Shown here piece by piece: positions 1-7,906 of a stretch of DNA of 64,000 bases. The notes beneath the pieces were generated by a model. That model was given only the letters and a program-made list of their open reading frames with translations. It was not told where the DNA came from and did not search any database. The position numbers and the translations under genes were made by a program. How positions within the stretch are numbered: the first letter of the stretch is position 1; every line of letters begins with the position of its first letter. The stretch comes from Candidatus Latescibacterota bacterium (GTDB taxonomy: Bacteria; Latescibacterota; UBA2968): positions 2,464,001-2,528,000 of the forward strand of contig OZ242195.1 of NCBI GenBank assembly GCA_965205975.1, read 5' to 3'.

Positions 1-114
1 GGGAGAAGAAATTACTATGACGATTCAATTGTTAGAGATCGTGGTTTAGCGGTACGAACGCATTGCCAAAATATAAAAGAAGACCATCCGCAAACCTTCT
101 GGAGATCTCAAAAC

Positions 115-1014
115 ATGTCCTATATCCGCTGTTTCGACAATTACAGTTCCCCTTACTATGTACCTACTGGAAATCTACAGGGCTTGTTTAATGATCTGGC
201 AGTTCAACCATTTGAAGATCATCCACGCACCACCGCGTGGATAAACCTGGTAAAAAATAAAGACTCCAATTACCATAGAGTGGAAATTCTAGGTCAAGGA
301 CGGGCCAATTTTAGTGAATGGCATGAGGGGCTTTCTCCAAAAGATAAAGTGGACCTTTATTGTGTCCATTATATGCCTATGCACCTTTTTTCTTCTTATC
401 ATATTTTCACGCAGTACCTCACCTCCGTAAGCAATAGAGTTGTATTCATTGACTTCGGTTGCGGTCCATTAACTTCAGGTATTGCGTTTTGGGCTTCCGC
501 AAGACGCAAGAACATCACTTATTTAGGAATTGACAGTTCGCGAGCGATGGTCAATAAGGCAAAGGAAATCAACCGATATGGACCGAATAAAAATAGAGAA
601 CCTTTCTTCAGGAATTTTCAAGCAATCGCTGACTACCATAAATTGATATCCTTATTGGACTATTATATAAAAAAAGGTGATGAGACACAGATCATATTTA
701 ACTTCTGTTACTTTCTCGCAAGCAGGACATTAGACATTAGTGGCTTGTCCGAGTGCCTTACCCAAATTGTAGAAAAATATCATCAGCACAAAATGTGCAT
801 GGTGTATCAGAATCCATGCTACTCACCTTTACATAATAATTGGACATTTCTCAAAGAAAATCTGTCGATGTTTACAAGCAGCGCAACCGAATTAAATATC
901 GAGTTATGTTATAATGGCTTAATAGATGATTCACTCCACAAGGTCCAGGTCTATTGTGATATTCTATCCAACGACGGTCCATTTAACCTTTCCAACGATC
1001 TATTACCGTTTTAG
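115..1014 (+). CDS. Class I SAM-dependent methyltransferase-like protein (frame also open from base 1, so it may be N-terminally longer)
   Basis: SAM motif I FIDFGCGP followed by YLGIDSS; the ATG at 115 is preceded by TGGAGATCT, the same RBS context as the next gene. Confidence 0.6.
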   Translation: MSYIRCFDNYSSPYYVPTGNLQGLFNDLAVQPFEDHPRTTAWINLVKNKDSNYHRVEILGQGRANFSEWHEGLSPKDKVDLYCVHYMPMHLFSSYHIFTQYLTSVSNRVVFIDFGCGPLTSGIAFWASARRKNITYLGIDSSRAMVNKAKEINRYGPNKNREPFFRNFQAIADYHKLISLLDYYIKKGDETQIIFNFCYFLASRTLDISGLSECLTQIVEKYHQHKMCMVYQNPCYSPLHNNWTFLKENLSMFTSSATELNIELCYNGLIDDSLHKVQVYCDILSNDGPFNLSNDLLPF

Positions 1015-1032
1015 ACCATTGGAGATCTAATC

Positions 1033-1671
1033 ATGTCAGAACAACTCAGCTTCCCCTCTATATCGCTCCAGCCATCTCTATCCCCTCCAAGCAATCAGGA
1101 GGCGATTGATGCAATCGCCGGGCTTGATTACAAAGAAGACTATATCAATGAAATCGAACACGATCAGCTACTCAAACAGATTGACAAACAGCCGTGGCTC
1201 GACGACCTGAAACGGCGGGTTCAGCATTACGGGTATAAGTACGACTACAAAGCGCGGAGGGTAGCCCGTGATATGCGTATTGGTAATGGTAAATTGCCTA
1301 AGTGGCTGGAAGAGTTGTCTGAGAAATTATGGAAAGATAGACACATGCCAAAAATCGCTGATCAGGTGATTGTGAATGAATACATACCGGGGCAAGGGAT
1401 ATCAAGGCATATTGATTGTGAACCTTGTTTTGAGAATACGATTGTTTCTTTAAGTTTGGGATCGGGTTGTTTTATGGATTTCACAAATAAAGATGAAACA
1501 AAAAAAATTTCGGTTTGGCTTGAGCCAAGAAGTATTGTCGTCCTGAAAAATGAAGCGAGATATAAATGGTTGCACGGGATTGCCGCCAGAAAATCGGATA
1601 AGTTGGATGGCTACAAGCATGATCGGCGGCGACGAGTATCGCTAACCTTTAGAAAGGTGATTATAGATTGA
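1033..1671 (+). CDS. AlkB-family 2OG-Fe(II) dioxygenase
   Basis: RRVQHYGYKYDY, HID...H metal triad (HIDCE, WLHGI), C-terminal RRVSLTFR. Confidence 0.9.
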   Translation: MSEQLSFPSISLQPSLSPPSNQEAIDAIAGLDYKEDYINEIEHDQLLKQIDKQPWLDDLKRRVQHYGYKYDYKARRVARDMRIGNGKLPKWLEELSEKLWKDRHMPKIADQVIVNEYIPGQGISRHIDCEPCFENTIVSLSLGSGCFMDFTNKDETKKISVWLEPRSIVVLKNEARYKWLHGIAARKSDKLDGYKHDRRRRVSLTFRKVIID

Positions 1672-1708
1672 TGCTTGGAAAACCGCTGATTGATTGAAAG
1701 GATGAAAA

Positions 1709-2188
1709 TTGAATTCACAGATTTTGAGTGTATATGCGGATACATCCGTTTTTGGTGGTGCATTCGATGAAGAGTTTCGTCAGGCCAGTCAGTCCTTTTT
1801 CGATATGGTTCGACAAGGACATTTTAACCTATTGACGTCAGTAGTGGTGCAAGAGGAGATCGGATCTGCCCCTGCGGAAGTTGTAACAAACTTTGAACAA
1901 ATGCTCAACTTTGCAGAAATTGTAGAGGTTTCTGAGGAGGTTTTACAACTTCAGCAGGCTTACTTAAATGCGAAAATTGTGACCGAAAAATGGGCAACGG
2001 ACGCCCTACACGTCGCCTTGGCCACTGTAGGAGGCTGCTCAATGATTGTAAGTTGGAATTTCAAACATATCGTACATTTTTCAAAAATTCCGCTATACAA
2101 TGCGGTAAACACACTTTCTGGATACTCAAATATTGCTATCCATTCCCCTCATGAGGCGATCAACTATGAAGACGAAGAAGACATTTGA
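1709..2188 (+). CDS. PIN-domain protein (putative toxin)
   Basis: VYADTSVFGG, DALHVALA and IVSWNFKHIV motifs. Confidence 0.85.
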   Translation: MNSQILSVYADTSVFGGAFDEEFRQASQSFFDMVRQGHFNLLTSVVVQEEIGSAPAEVVTNFEQMLNFAEIVEVSEEVLQLQQAYLNAKIVTEKWATDALHVALATVGGCSMIVSWNFKHIVHFSKIPLYNAVNTLSGYSNIAIHSPHEAINYEDEEDI

Positions 2189-2345
2189 TTGCGTTGAGAT
2201 GAAACGCCGTGGCGCAGAACGAATCTACAATCAAGTAGCAAACATGACACTCAAAGAACAACTGGCGTTCTGGCGAGAACGTACCGAGTTGCTGCGAAAG
2301 CATCAGCAAACGGTAAAAATGAAAAGCAAGACATCTGTGAATTAA
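2166..2345 (+). CDS. Small basic protein, probable antitoxin partner of the PIN protein
   Basis: MKTKKTFDCVEMKRRGAERI; overlaps the 3' end of the PIN gene. Confidence 0.6.
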   Translation: MKTKKTFDCVEMKRRGAERIYNQVANMTLKEQLAFWRERTELLRKHQQTVKMKSKTSVN

Positions 2346-2379
2346 ATTCAATGCACTTGATCGACTGAGTGTCACTTAC

Positions 2380-2681
2380 ATGGTAGGGGACTGAAAGGGC
2401 TACATTCGCGATCTGAATCGTAGGGGTGTGGATGAGCTTCCTGATCAAGAAACGGAACAACTGAAAGACTAACTCGAATTTCTAACCTGGAAAGCCAAGG
2501 AGAAGAAATCATCGCCAGAGCAAAGAAAAAAAATCCGACTGCGCAACGCATTATCAAAGCAATGGAAAAACCGCCGTATGTCTCCTGTAAAGACATCGAA
2601 TCACTTCTACAGATAATCAAAGAAGCAAAGCAACCAACAGATTTTGAATCTCCCCCCGAACTATTTTCAGAAACCAGGTAA
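2380..2681 (+). pseudogene. Possible frameshifted small gene remnant
   Basis: Coding-like stretch ...EEIIARAKKKNPTAQRIIKAMEKPPYVSCKDIESLLQIIKEAK...ETR* has no in-frame start; upstream frames are interrupted. Confidence 0.3.
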
Positions 2682-2687
2682 AACAAC

Positions 2688-3221
2688 ATGTGGCGTCAAT
2701 TGGGAATCATCGCGCTTGGTATCGCGCTATTTGCATGTAGGCCCGATGTTCAATTGGTAAAAGATGGACACGAAGAATACTACGTCTATTGGGATGACGC
2801 TCACAAACGGTATCTCAGACATGGGTTATACCAGTCATTTTACGAAAGTGGTCGCCAGCGATCGGTTGGTAAATACGAACACGATATAAAAGTGGGTGTT
2901 TGGACACACTGGTATGAAAACGGGCAAAAACAAGGTGAAATGGACTGGGTAGATGGCAAGCCCGAAGGCATAGTGACAGAATGGTACAAAAACGGACAGG
3001 AAAAAAATACGGGAACGTGGGAAAATGGTGGGCGACACGGTCTCTCGACCTGGTGGTATGCAAACGGACAAAAAGAAAAAGAAGTGAACTACATAGAAGG
3101 AGAACCCGACGGAATCTGGACGTATTGGGATTCGACGGGTGTAATGACAAAAAAGCAGTACTGGGATCGCGGTGCATTTTTGCGGGTTGAAGAGGAAACG
3201 AATAGACGAATAGACGAATAG
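2688..3221 (+). CDS. MORN-variant repeat (YwqK-like) lipoprotein
   Basis: Lipobox LFAC; repeated GxWTxWYENGQK units. Confidence 0.8.
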   Translation: MWRQLGIIALGIALFACRPDVQLVKDGHEEYYVYWDDAHKRYLRHGLYQSFYESGRQRSVGKYEHDIKVGVWTHWYENGQKQGEMDWVDGKPEGIVTEWYKNGQEKNTGTWENGGRHGLSTWWYANGQKEKEVNYIEGEPDGIWTYWDSTGVMTKKQYWDRGAFLRVEEETNRRIDE

Positions 3222-3244
3222 ACGAACCCCACCCTACCACCCAA
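3196..3244 (+). repeat. 49-bp element with three CGAATAGA octamers plus CCCCACCCTACCACCCAA; identical inverted copy at 11671-11719
   Basis: Direct sequence comparison. Confidence 0.9.
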
Positions 3245-3245
3245 C

Positions 3246-3272
3246 GGGCGGGCACAGGGGCACCGCCCCTAC
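3246..3272 (-). repeat. REP-like palindrome of the GTAG family
   Basis: GTAG followed by a GGGCGG...CCGCCC imperfect hairpin on the minus strand. Confidence 0.55.
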
Positions 3273-3354
3273 ATTGATGAACTGCTGACGCAGTTGTACC
3301 CCATTCCGCTCATGAACTACTGGCGCAGTTGTATTTCGCCTGAAAGGATCAAAC

Positions 3355-6120
3355 ATGGCAGCCAAAACCCTGTATTTATTAGACGGCATGGCACTGGTCT
3401 ATCGCGGGCATTTTGCGATGATACGCAATCCGAGGATGACGTCGAAAGGGCTGAACACCTCGACGTTATTCGTTTTTGCCAATACCCTATTGGATATTTT
3501 GGGCAACACAAAACCCTCACATTTGGCCGTGGTCTTCGACACGCCAGAGCCGACATTTCGGGACGAGATATACAAAGAATACAAGGCACAACGGGAAAAA
3601 ATGCCCGAAGACATAAGTGGCGCGCTCCCCTACATCGACCAAATGTGTGAAGCATTCAACGTGCCCGTCATCCGCAAACCGGGTTATGAAGCCGACGACG
3701 TAATTGGCACACTGGCAAAAGAGGCTGAAAAGTCCGGGTTTACAACATATATGGTAACCCCCGATAAAGACTACGCACAACTCGTCTCAAACAAAACATT
3801 CATCAGCAAACCCGGACGCACGGGCGACGGCGCAGAGATTCTGGGTGTGCCAGAAGTGCTAAAACAATGGGAAATTGAGCGCGTGGATCAGGTAATCGAC
3901 ATGCTGGGACTGATGGGTGATTCGAGTGATAATGTGCCGGGCGTACCGGGCATAGGGCCAAAAACCGCACAAAAATTGATCGCGCAATACGGTAGTGTGG
4001 AGGGGTTACTCAATCACGTTGATGAATTGAAAGGCAAACAAAAAGAAAATGTAGAGACATATAGAGAACAGGCATTGTTATCAAAGGAACTGGTCACCAT
4101 CCACCTCAACGTACCGTTGGACTTTGGATTAGATGATCTCGCAGTGAAAACACGAGACGAACAAAAATTGAAAACCCTGTTCGCAGAATTGGAATTCAGC
4201 ACACTGGGCAAACGGCTATTTGGAAATGATTTTAATGTAGATCAGCAACAAATCTCGCTCTTCGGCGATGATACAGCGCCGGAAGGCGTATCAGCACACA
4301 AAACCATAGCAGATGTCGAACATACATACCACCTCGTGGATACGCCGGAAAAGCGCGCAGCATTGATCGAAAAATTGGCGCAGCAAAAGGCGTTTTGTTT
4401 TGACACAGAAACAACAGGGCTAAATCCGAGAACATGTGAATTGCTCGGCCTTGCGTTTTCATTTCAACCGCACACGGGATATTACGTACCAATACCCGAA
4501 GACCCGAATAAAAATAAGGCCGTATTGGAAGAATTCCGCGGAATTTTGGAAAATCCGGACACCGAGAAAATCGGACACAATCTCAAATTTGACTTCGCCG
4601 TATTATTGTGGCAAGGCATCAGGGTTCAAGGACCGTTTTTTGATACCATGCTCGCCGCTTATGTGACCGCACCCGAAATGCGTCGCGGCATGGATGCTCT
4701 ATCGCTATCATTATTGGGTTATGAACCCATTAAAATTGAGTCTTTAATCGGCAAAAAAGAAAAGGGCAAAGAACAAAAAACCCTGCGCGAAGTCCCCCTG
4801 GACAAAGTAGCAGAATATGCAGCCGAAGATGCAGATATTACCTTGCAACTGTCCGAAGTTCTGCGCCCCAAAATCAAAGAAATGGGACAAACGCGCGTAT
4901 TTGAAGACATAGAGTGTCCGCTGGTATCTGTCCTTGCCCAAATGGAATACGAAGGCATTCGCATGGAAGCATCTGTAATCGAGGCGCTTTCGGAAGACCT
5001 GCAGGATGAATTAGTCGCCATTCGAGAACGCATTTACAATCTCGCTGGTGAAACATTTAACCTTAACTCCCCCAAACAATTGGGCGAAATCCTATTTGAC
5101 AAATTAAAACTGGACCCCAATGCGCGGCGGACAGCCCGGACAAAGCAGTATCAAACAGGGGAATCTATTTTGCAACGATTGGCACACAAACACAAAATTG
5201 TAGAACAAATTTTGATGTATCGAACATATTCGAAACTGAAATCCACCTATCTGGATATGTTGCCGGGAACCGTATTTAAAAATACCGGGCGCGTCCACAC
5301 CCACTACGAGCAGGCGGTCACGGCCACCGGGCGGTTGCAATCGCACGGACCGAATCTGCAAAATATTCCCATTCGCACGGAAAAGGGACGCGAAATTCGC
5401 AAAGCCTTTGTACCTCGCAATGAAAATTACACGCTCTTGTCCGCAGACTATTCGCAAATTGAATTGCGCGTAGCGGCGGAACTCAGTCGAGATGAAGAGA
5501 TGCACAGGGCATTTCGAGAAGGCCTGGATATCCATGCGGCAACCGCAATGAAAATTTACGGATTGGACGAACGCGATGTAACCGACGACATGCGCCGGCA
5601 GGCAAAAACTGTAAACTTTGGCATTATTTATGGAATTTCTGCCTTTGGCCTGGCGCAACGCCTGAATATTCCGCGCTATGAAGCCGGTAGATTGATCGAG
5701 CAATATTTTGAGCAATTTCCCGGCGCCCAAAAGTATATGGATGACACCATTGATTTTGCGCGGGAACACGGGTATGTGGAAACCATGACAGGACGCAGGC
5801 GATATTTGCGGGATATACACTCGCGCAATGCCACCACGCGCAAGGGTGCCGAACGCAACGCAATTAACTCGCGGATTCAAGGTTCAGCGGCCGACATGAT
5901 AAAAATTGCCATGCGCCGCGTTCAGGATGCCCTATTTGAACGGGACTTAAAAACGCGCATGTTGCTGCAAGTACACGACGAACTCGTCTTTGACATGCAC
6001 AAAGACGAAGCCGATATCGTGATGCCACTAATCGAAAACGCGATGAAAAATGCCCTGCCAATGTCCGTACCAATTGTGGTAGAAATGGGCATGGGAAATA
6101 CCTGGCTGGCAGCGCATTGA
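3355..6120 (+). CDS. polA: DNA polymerase I
   Basis: 5'-3' exonuclease (LLDG, EADDVIGT, GVPGIGPKTA), 3'-5' exonuclease (FDTETTG), polymerase motifs DYSQIELR, AKTVNFGIIYG, LQVHDEL. Confidence 0.99.
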   Translation: MAAKTLYLLDGMALVYRGHFAMIRNPRMTSKGLNTSTLFVFANTLLDILGNTKPSHLAVVFDTPEPTFRDEIYKEYKAQREKMPEDISGALPYIDQMCEAFNVPVIRKPGYEADDVIGTLAKEAEKSGFTTYMVTPDKDYAQLVSNKTFISKPGRTGDGAEILGVPEVLKQWEIERVDQVIDMLGLMGDSSDNVPGVPGIGPKTAQKLIAQYGSVEGLLNHVDELKGKQKENVETYREQALLSKELVTIHLNVPLDFGLDDLAVKTRDEQKLKTLFAELEFSTLGKRLFGNDFNVDQQQISLFGDDTAPEGVSAHKTIADVEHTYHLVDTPEKRAALIEKLAQQKAFCFDTETTGLNPRTCELLGLAFSFQPHTGYYVPIPEDPNKNKAVLEEFRGILENPDTEKIGHNLKFDFAVLLWQGIRVQGPFFDTMLAAYVTAPEMRRGMDALSLSLLGYEPIKIESLIGKKEKGKEQKTLREVPLDKVAEYAAEDADITLQLSEVLRPKIKEMGQTRVFEDIECPLVSVLAQMEYEGIRMEASVIEALSEDLQDELVAIRERIYNLAGETFNLNSPKQLGEILFDKLKLDPNARRTARTKQYQTGESILQRLAHKHKIVEQILMYRTYSKLKSTYLDMLPGTVFKNTGRVHTHYEQAVTATGRLQSHGPNLQNIPIRTEKGREIRKAFVPRNENYTLLSADYSQIELRVAAELSRDEEMHRAFREGLDIHAATAMKIYGLDERDVTDDMRRQAKTVNFGIIYGISAFGLAQRLNIPRYEAGRLIEQYFEQFPGAQKYMDDTIDFAREHGYVETMTGRRRYLRDIHSRNATTRKGAERNAINSRIQGSAADMIKIAMRRVQDALFERDLKTRMLLQVHDELVFDMHKDEADIVMPLIENAMKNALPMSVPIVVEMGMGNTWLAAH

Positions 6121-6134
6121 AAAATGGAAAACAC

Positions 6135-6704
6135 ATGTTCAACTGGCTAAAAAAAATATTCGCCCCTCCTATCGAACACCTGCCGCAACTCGAAATGTTT
6201 CGCGATCACCTCAACAACCTGCCCAAAATTCAGCAAATTACTGGTTATGCCACGCGCACCTATCGTTCGGGTGACGAAGCCGCCTGGTGTCGCATCATGG
6301 AAGGCAATGTGGGCAGCAACTGGACAACGGAGAAATGCCGAGCGCAATTAACCAGCGACCCCCGATTCCAGGCTGAAAACCTCTTTTTCATCACCCACAA
6401 CGACGACCCCATAGCCAGCGCGTGTGCCTGGAAAACACCCGCCCAATCGCCGGAAACAGGCGAAGTCCACATGGTCGCCGCACATGCAGACCACCGCGGC
6501 AAAGGACTCGGACATTTGCTCAACGCCCTCGTCCTCCATCGCTTAAAAGATCTGGGCTATCGAAAAGCACATCTCAAAACCGATGACTGGCGCATACCGG
6601 CCATCAAATCCTATCTCGACGCGGGCTTCCACCCCCTCAACACCCACGAAAGCCACCCCGAACGTTGGGAAGCCATCTTCGCCCAGCTAAAAATAAAAAA
6701 ATAA
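6135..6704 (+). CDS. GNAT-family N-acetyltransferase
   Basis: Acetyl-CoA motif HRGKGLG and AIKSYLDAGF. Confidence 0.85.
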   Translation: MFNWLKKIFAPPIEHLPQLEMFRDHLNNLPKIQQITGYATRTYRSGDEAAWCRIMEGNVGSNWTTEKCRAQLTSDPRFQAENLFFITHNDDPIASACAWKTPAQSPETGEVHMVAAHADHRGKGLGHLLNALVLHRLKDLGYRKAHLKTDDWRIPAIKSYLDAGFHPLNTHESHPERWEAIFAQLKIKK

Positions 6705-6709
6705 CCTCC

Positions 6710-7456
6710 TCACCCCATCAACGCCTTATACCCCATCCCCATCACCTCCTTGACGTATTCCAGCGTGCGTTGTCCTTCAATACGCGCTTTCGAACCGCCC
6801 AAATTCAAAATATTGCGCACCAAATCGGGCTGTTCTTCAAAACCCTTGCGACGTATCCGAAACGGCGTCATAATTTTACTCTGACCGTCCGTATCCTTCA
6901 AGCGCGTGCCATAAACGCCATCGGGAATGGGAAACACCTCGCCATAAATCCGATTAAATCGCGCAGCCACTTCCTGTGCCAATTCAATATGGGGTCTTTG
7001 ATCTGGTCCCACCGGCACATATCGCGGACGAAAAAGCAAAATATCCGCCGCCTGAGACACCGGATATCCCACAAACCCGTAAGGCACCCGATTCCCCAAC
7101 CCCATCTTACCCATCTCTTCCTTAACGGTTGGATTCCGCAACAAACGCGGCAACGTCACCAAATTGGAAAAAATCATAGTTAACTCTGCCAATTGCGGCA
7201 CCTGTGATTGCAAAAAACAAACGCTTTTTTCGGGATCAAATCCCGCCGCCAGATAATCCAGCACCATTTCTCTGACGTGACACTCCAGGTCCTCTGTCCG
7301 ATCCCGGTGCGTCGTCAGCGCCTGATAATCGGCAATCATAAAAAAACACTGAAACTCATCCTGCATCTCAAACCGATTCTTCAACGACCCGACATAATGC
7401 CCCAAATGCATTCTACCCGTCGGGCGGTCCCCTGTTAAAACAATTGTGCGACTCAT
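6710..7456 (-). CDS. trpS: Tryptophanyl-tRNA synthetase-like protein with an internal in-frame deletion (no KMSKS)
   Basis: TGDRPTGRMHLGHY (HIGH), YPVSQAADIL, VPVGPDQ; DGQSK is joined directly to the C-terminal helix; 248 aa; RBS AAAGGA. Confidence 0.85.
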   Translation of the reverse strand: MSRTIVLTGDRPTGRMHLGHYVGSLKNRFEMQDEFQCFFMIADYQALTTHRDRTEDLECHVREMVLDYLAAGFDPEKSVCFLQSQVPQLAELTMIFSNLVTLPRLLRNPTVKEEMGKMGLGNRVPYGFVGYPVSQAADILLFRPRYVPVGPDQRPHIELAQEVAARFNRIYGEVFPIPDGVYGTRLKDTDGQSKIMTPFRIRRKGFEEQPDLVRNILNLGGSKARIEGQRTLEYVKEVMGMGYKALMG

Positions 7457-7478
7457 CTCTATTCCTTTCTTTGAACTA

Positions 7479-7646
7479 TTAAAAATCCATAATTTGCAAA
7501 AAAAAACGCGCCACCTTCCGATAGCGCGCGGTGCAAGCAAACAAAGATCGCCAGATATCCGGTGGTGGACATACATCTCCCATTGCGCCTGTCCACCACC
7601 AGCGTCCGCCAATATTAAACAGCTCTGTCATCGCATTCAAAAACAT
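7479..7646 (-). CDS. Trp-rich leader peptide 2 (MFLNAMTELFNIGGRWWWTGA...; 55 aa, alternative start at 7631)
   Basis: TGG TGG TGG at 7601-7593 overlaps an 11-bp perfect stem (7561-7571/7590-7600) upstream of trpS. Confidence 0.7.
   Translation of the reverse strand: MFLNAMTELFNIGGRWWWTGAMGDVCPPPDIWRSLFACTARYRKVARFFLQIMDF
7498..7530 (-). terminator. Attenuator terminator 2 (GC stem plus U9)
   Basis: Minus strand cgcgc-tatcggaaggtg-gcgcg followed by TTTTTTTTT. Confidence 0.55.
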
Positions 7647-7660
7647 CGCATACTGTCCAT

Positions 7661-7692
7661 AAAAAAAACCGCCGTCAAAAGCCGACGGCGGT
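7661..7692 (-). terminator. Attenuator terminator 1
   Basis: ACCGCCGTC-ggctttt-GACGGCGGT followed by a T-run. Confidence 0.85.
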
Positions 7693-7723
7693 CAATTCAG
7701 AATTCTCAAATAAATACAATCCG

Positions 7724-7834
7724 TCAGCAAATCCACACAGCAACACACCACCAACCACGGACGGTTTCAGACACACGGGGAGCCAGCACCCTATCGGGCG
7801 TCGCATCAGTCAAAGTGTGATCGTGCATAATCAT
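7724..7834 (-). CDS. Trp-containing leader peptide 1 (MIMHDHTLTDATPDRVLAPRVSETVRGWWCVAVWIC*, 36 aa)
   Basis: GGGAG RBS; WW plus W near the C-terminus; stop codon lies in CTGACGG, which is complementary to the 5' arm of terminator 1. Confidence 0.75.
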   Translation of the reverse strand: MIMHDHTLTDATPDRVLAPRVSETVRGWWCVAVWIC

Positions 7835-7862
7835 AACAAACTCCCGTGATATACCGCCGAAG

Positions 7863-7891
7863 AAAATAACGACTTCAACCCCCCAAGTCAA
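7863..7891 (-). promoter_or_regulatory. Sigma70-type promoter for the trp leader/trpS transcript
   Basis: TTGACT-N17-TATTTT on the minus strand. Confidence 0.65.
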
Positions 7892-7906
7892 GTCGTTTGA
7901 TTTTCT

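Noticed and set aside
6710..7612. 300-aa version of trpS starting at 7612
   Set aside because: The extension runs through the attenuator hairpins; the ATG at 7456 has an RBS and matches the family N-terminus
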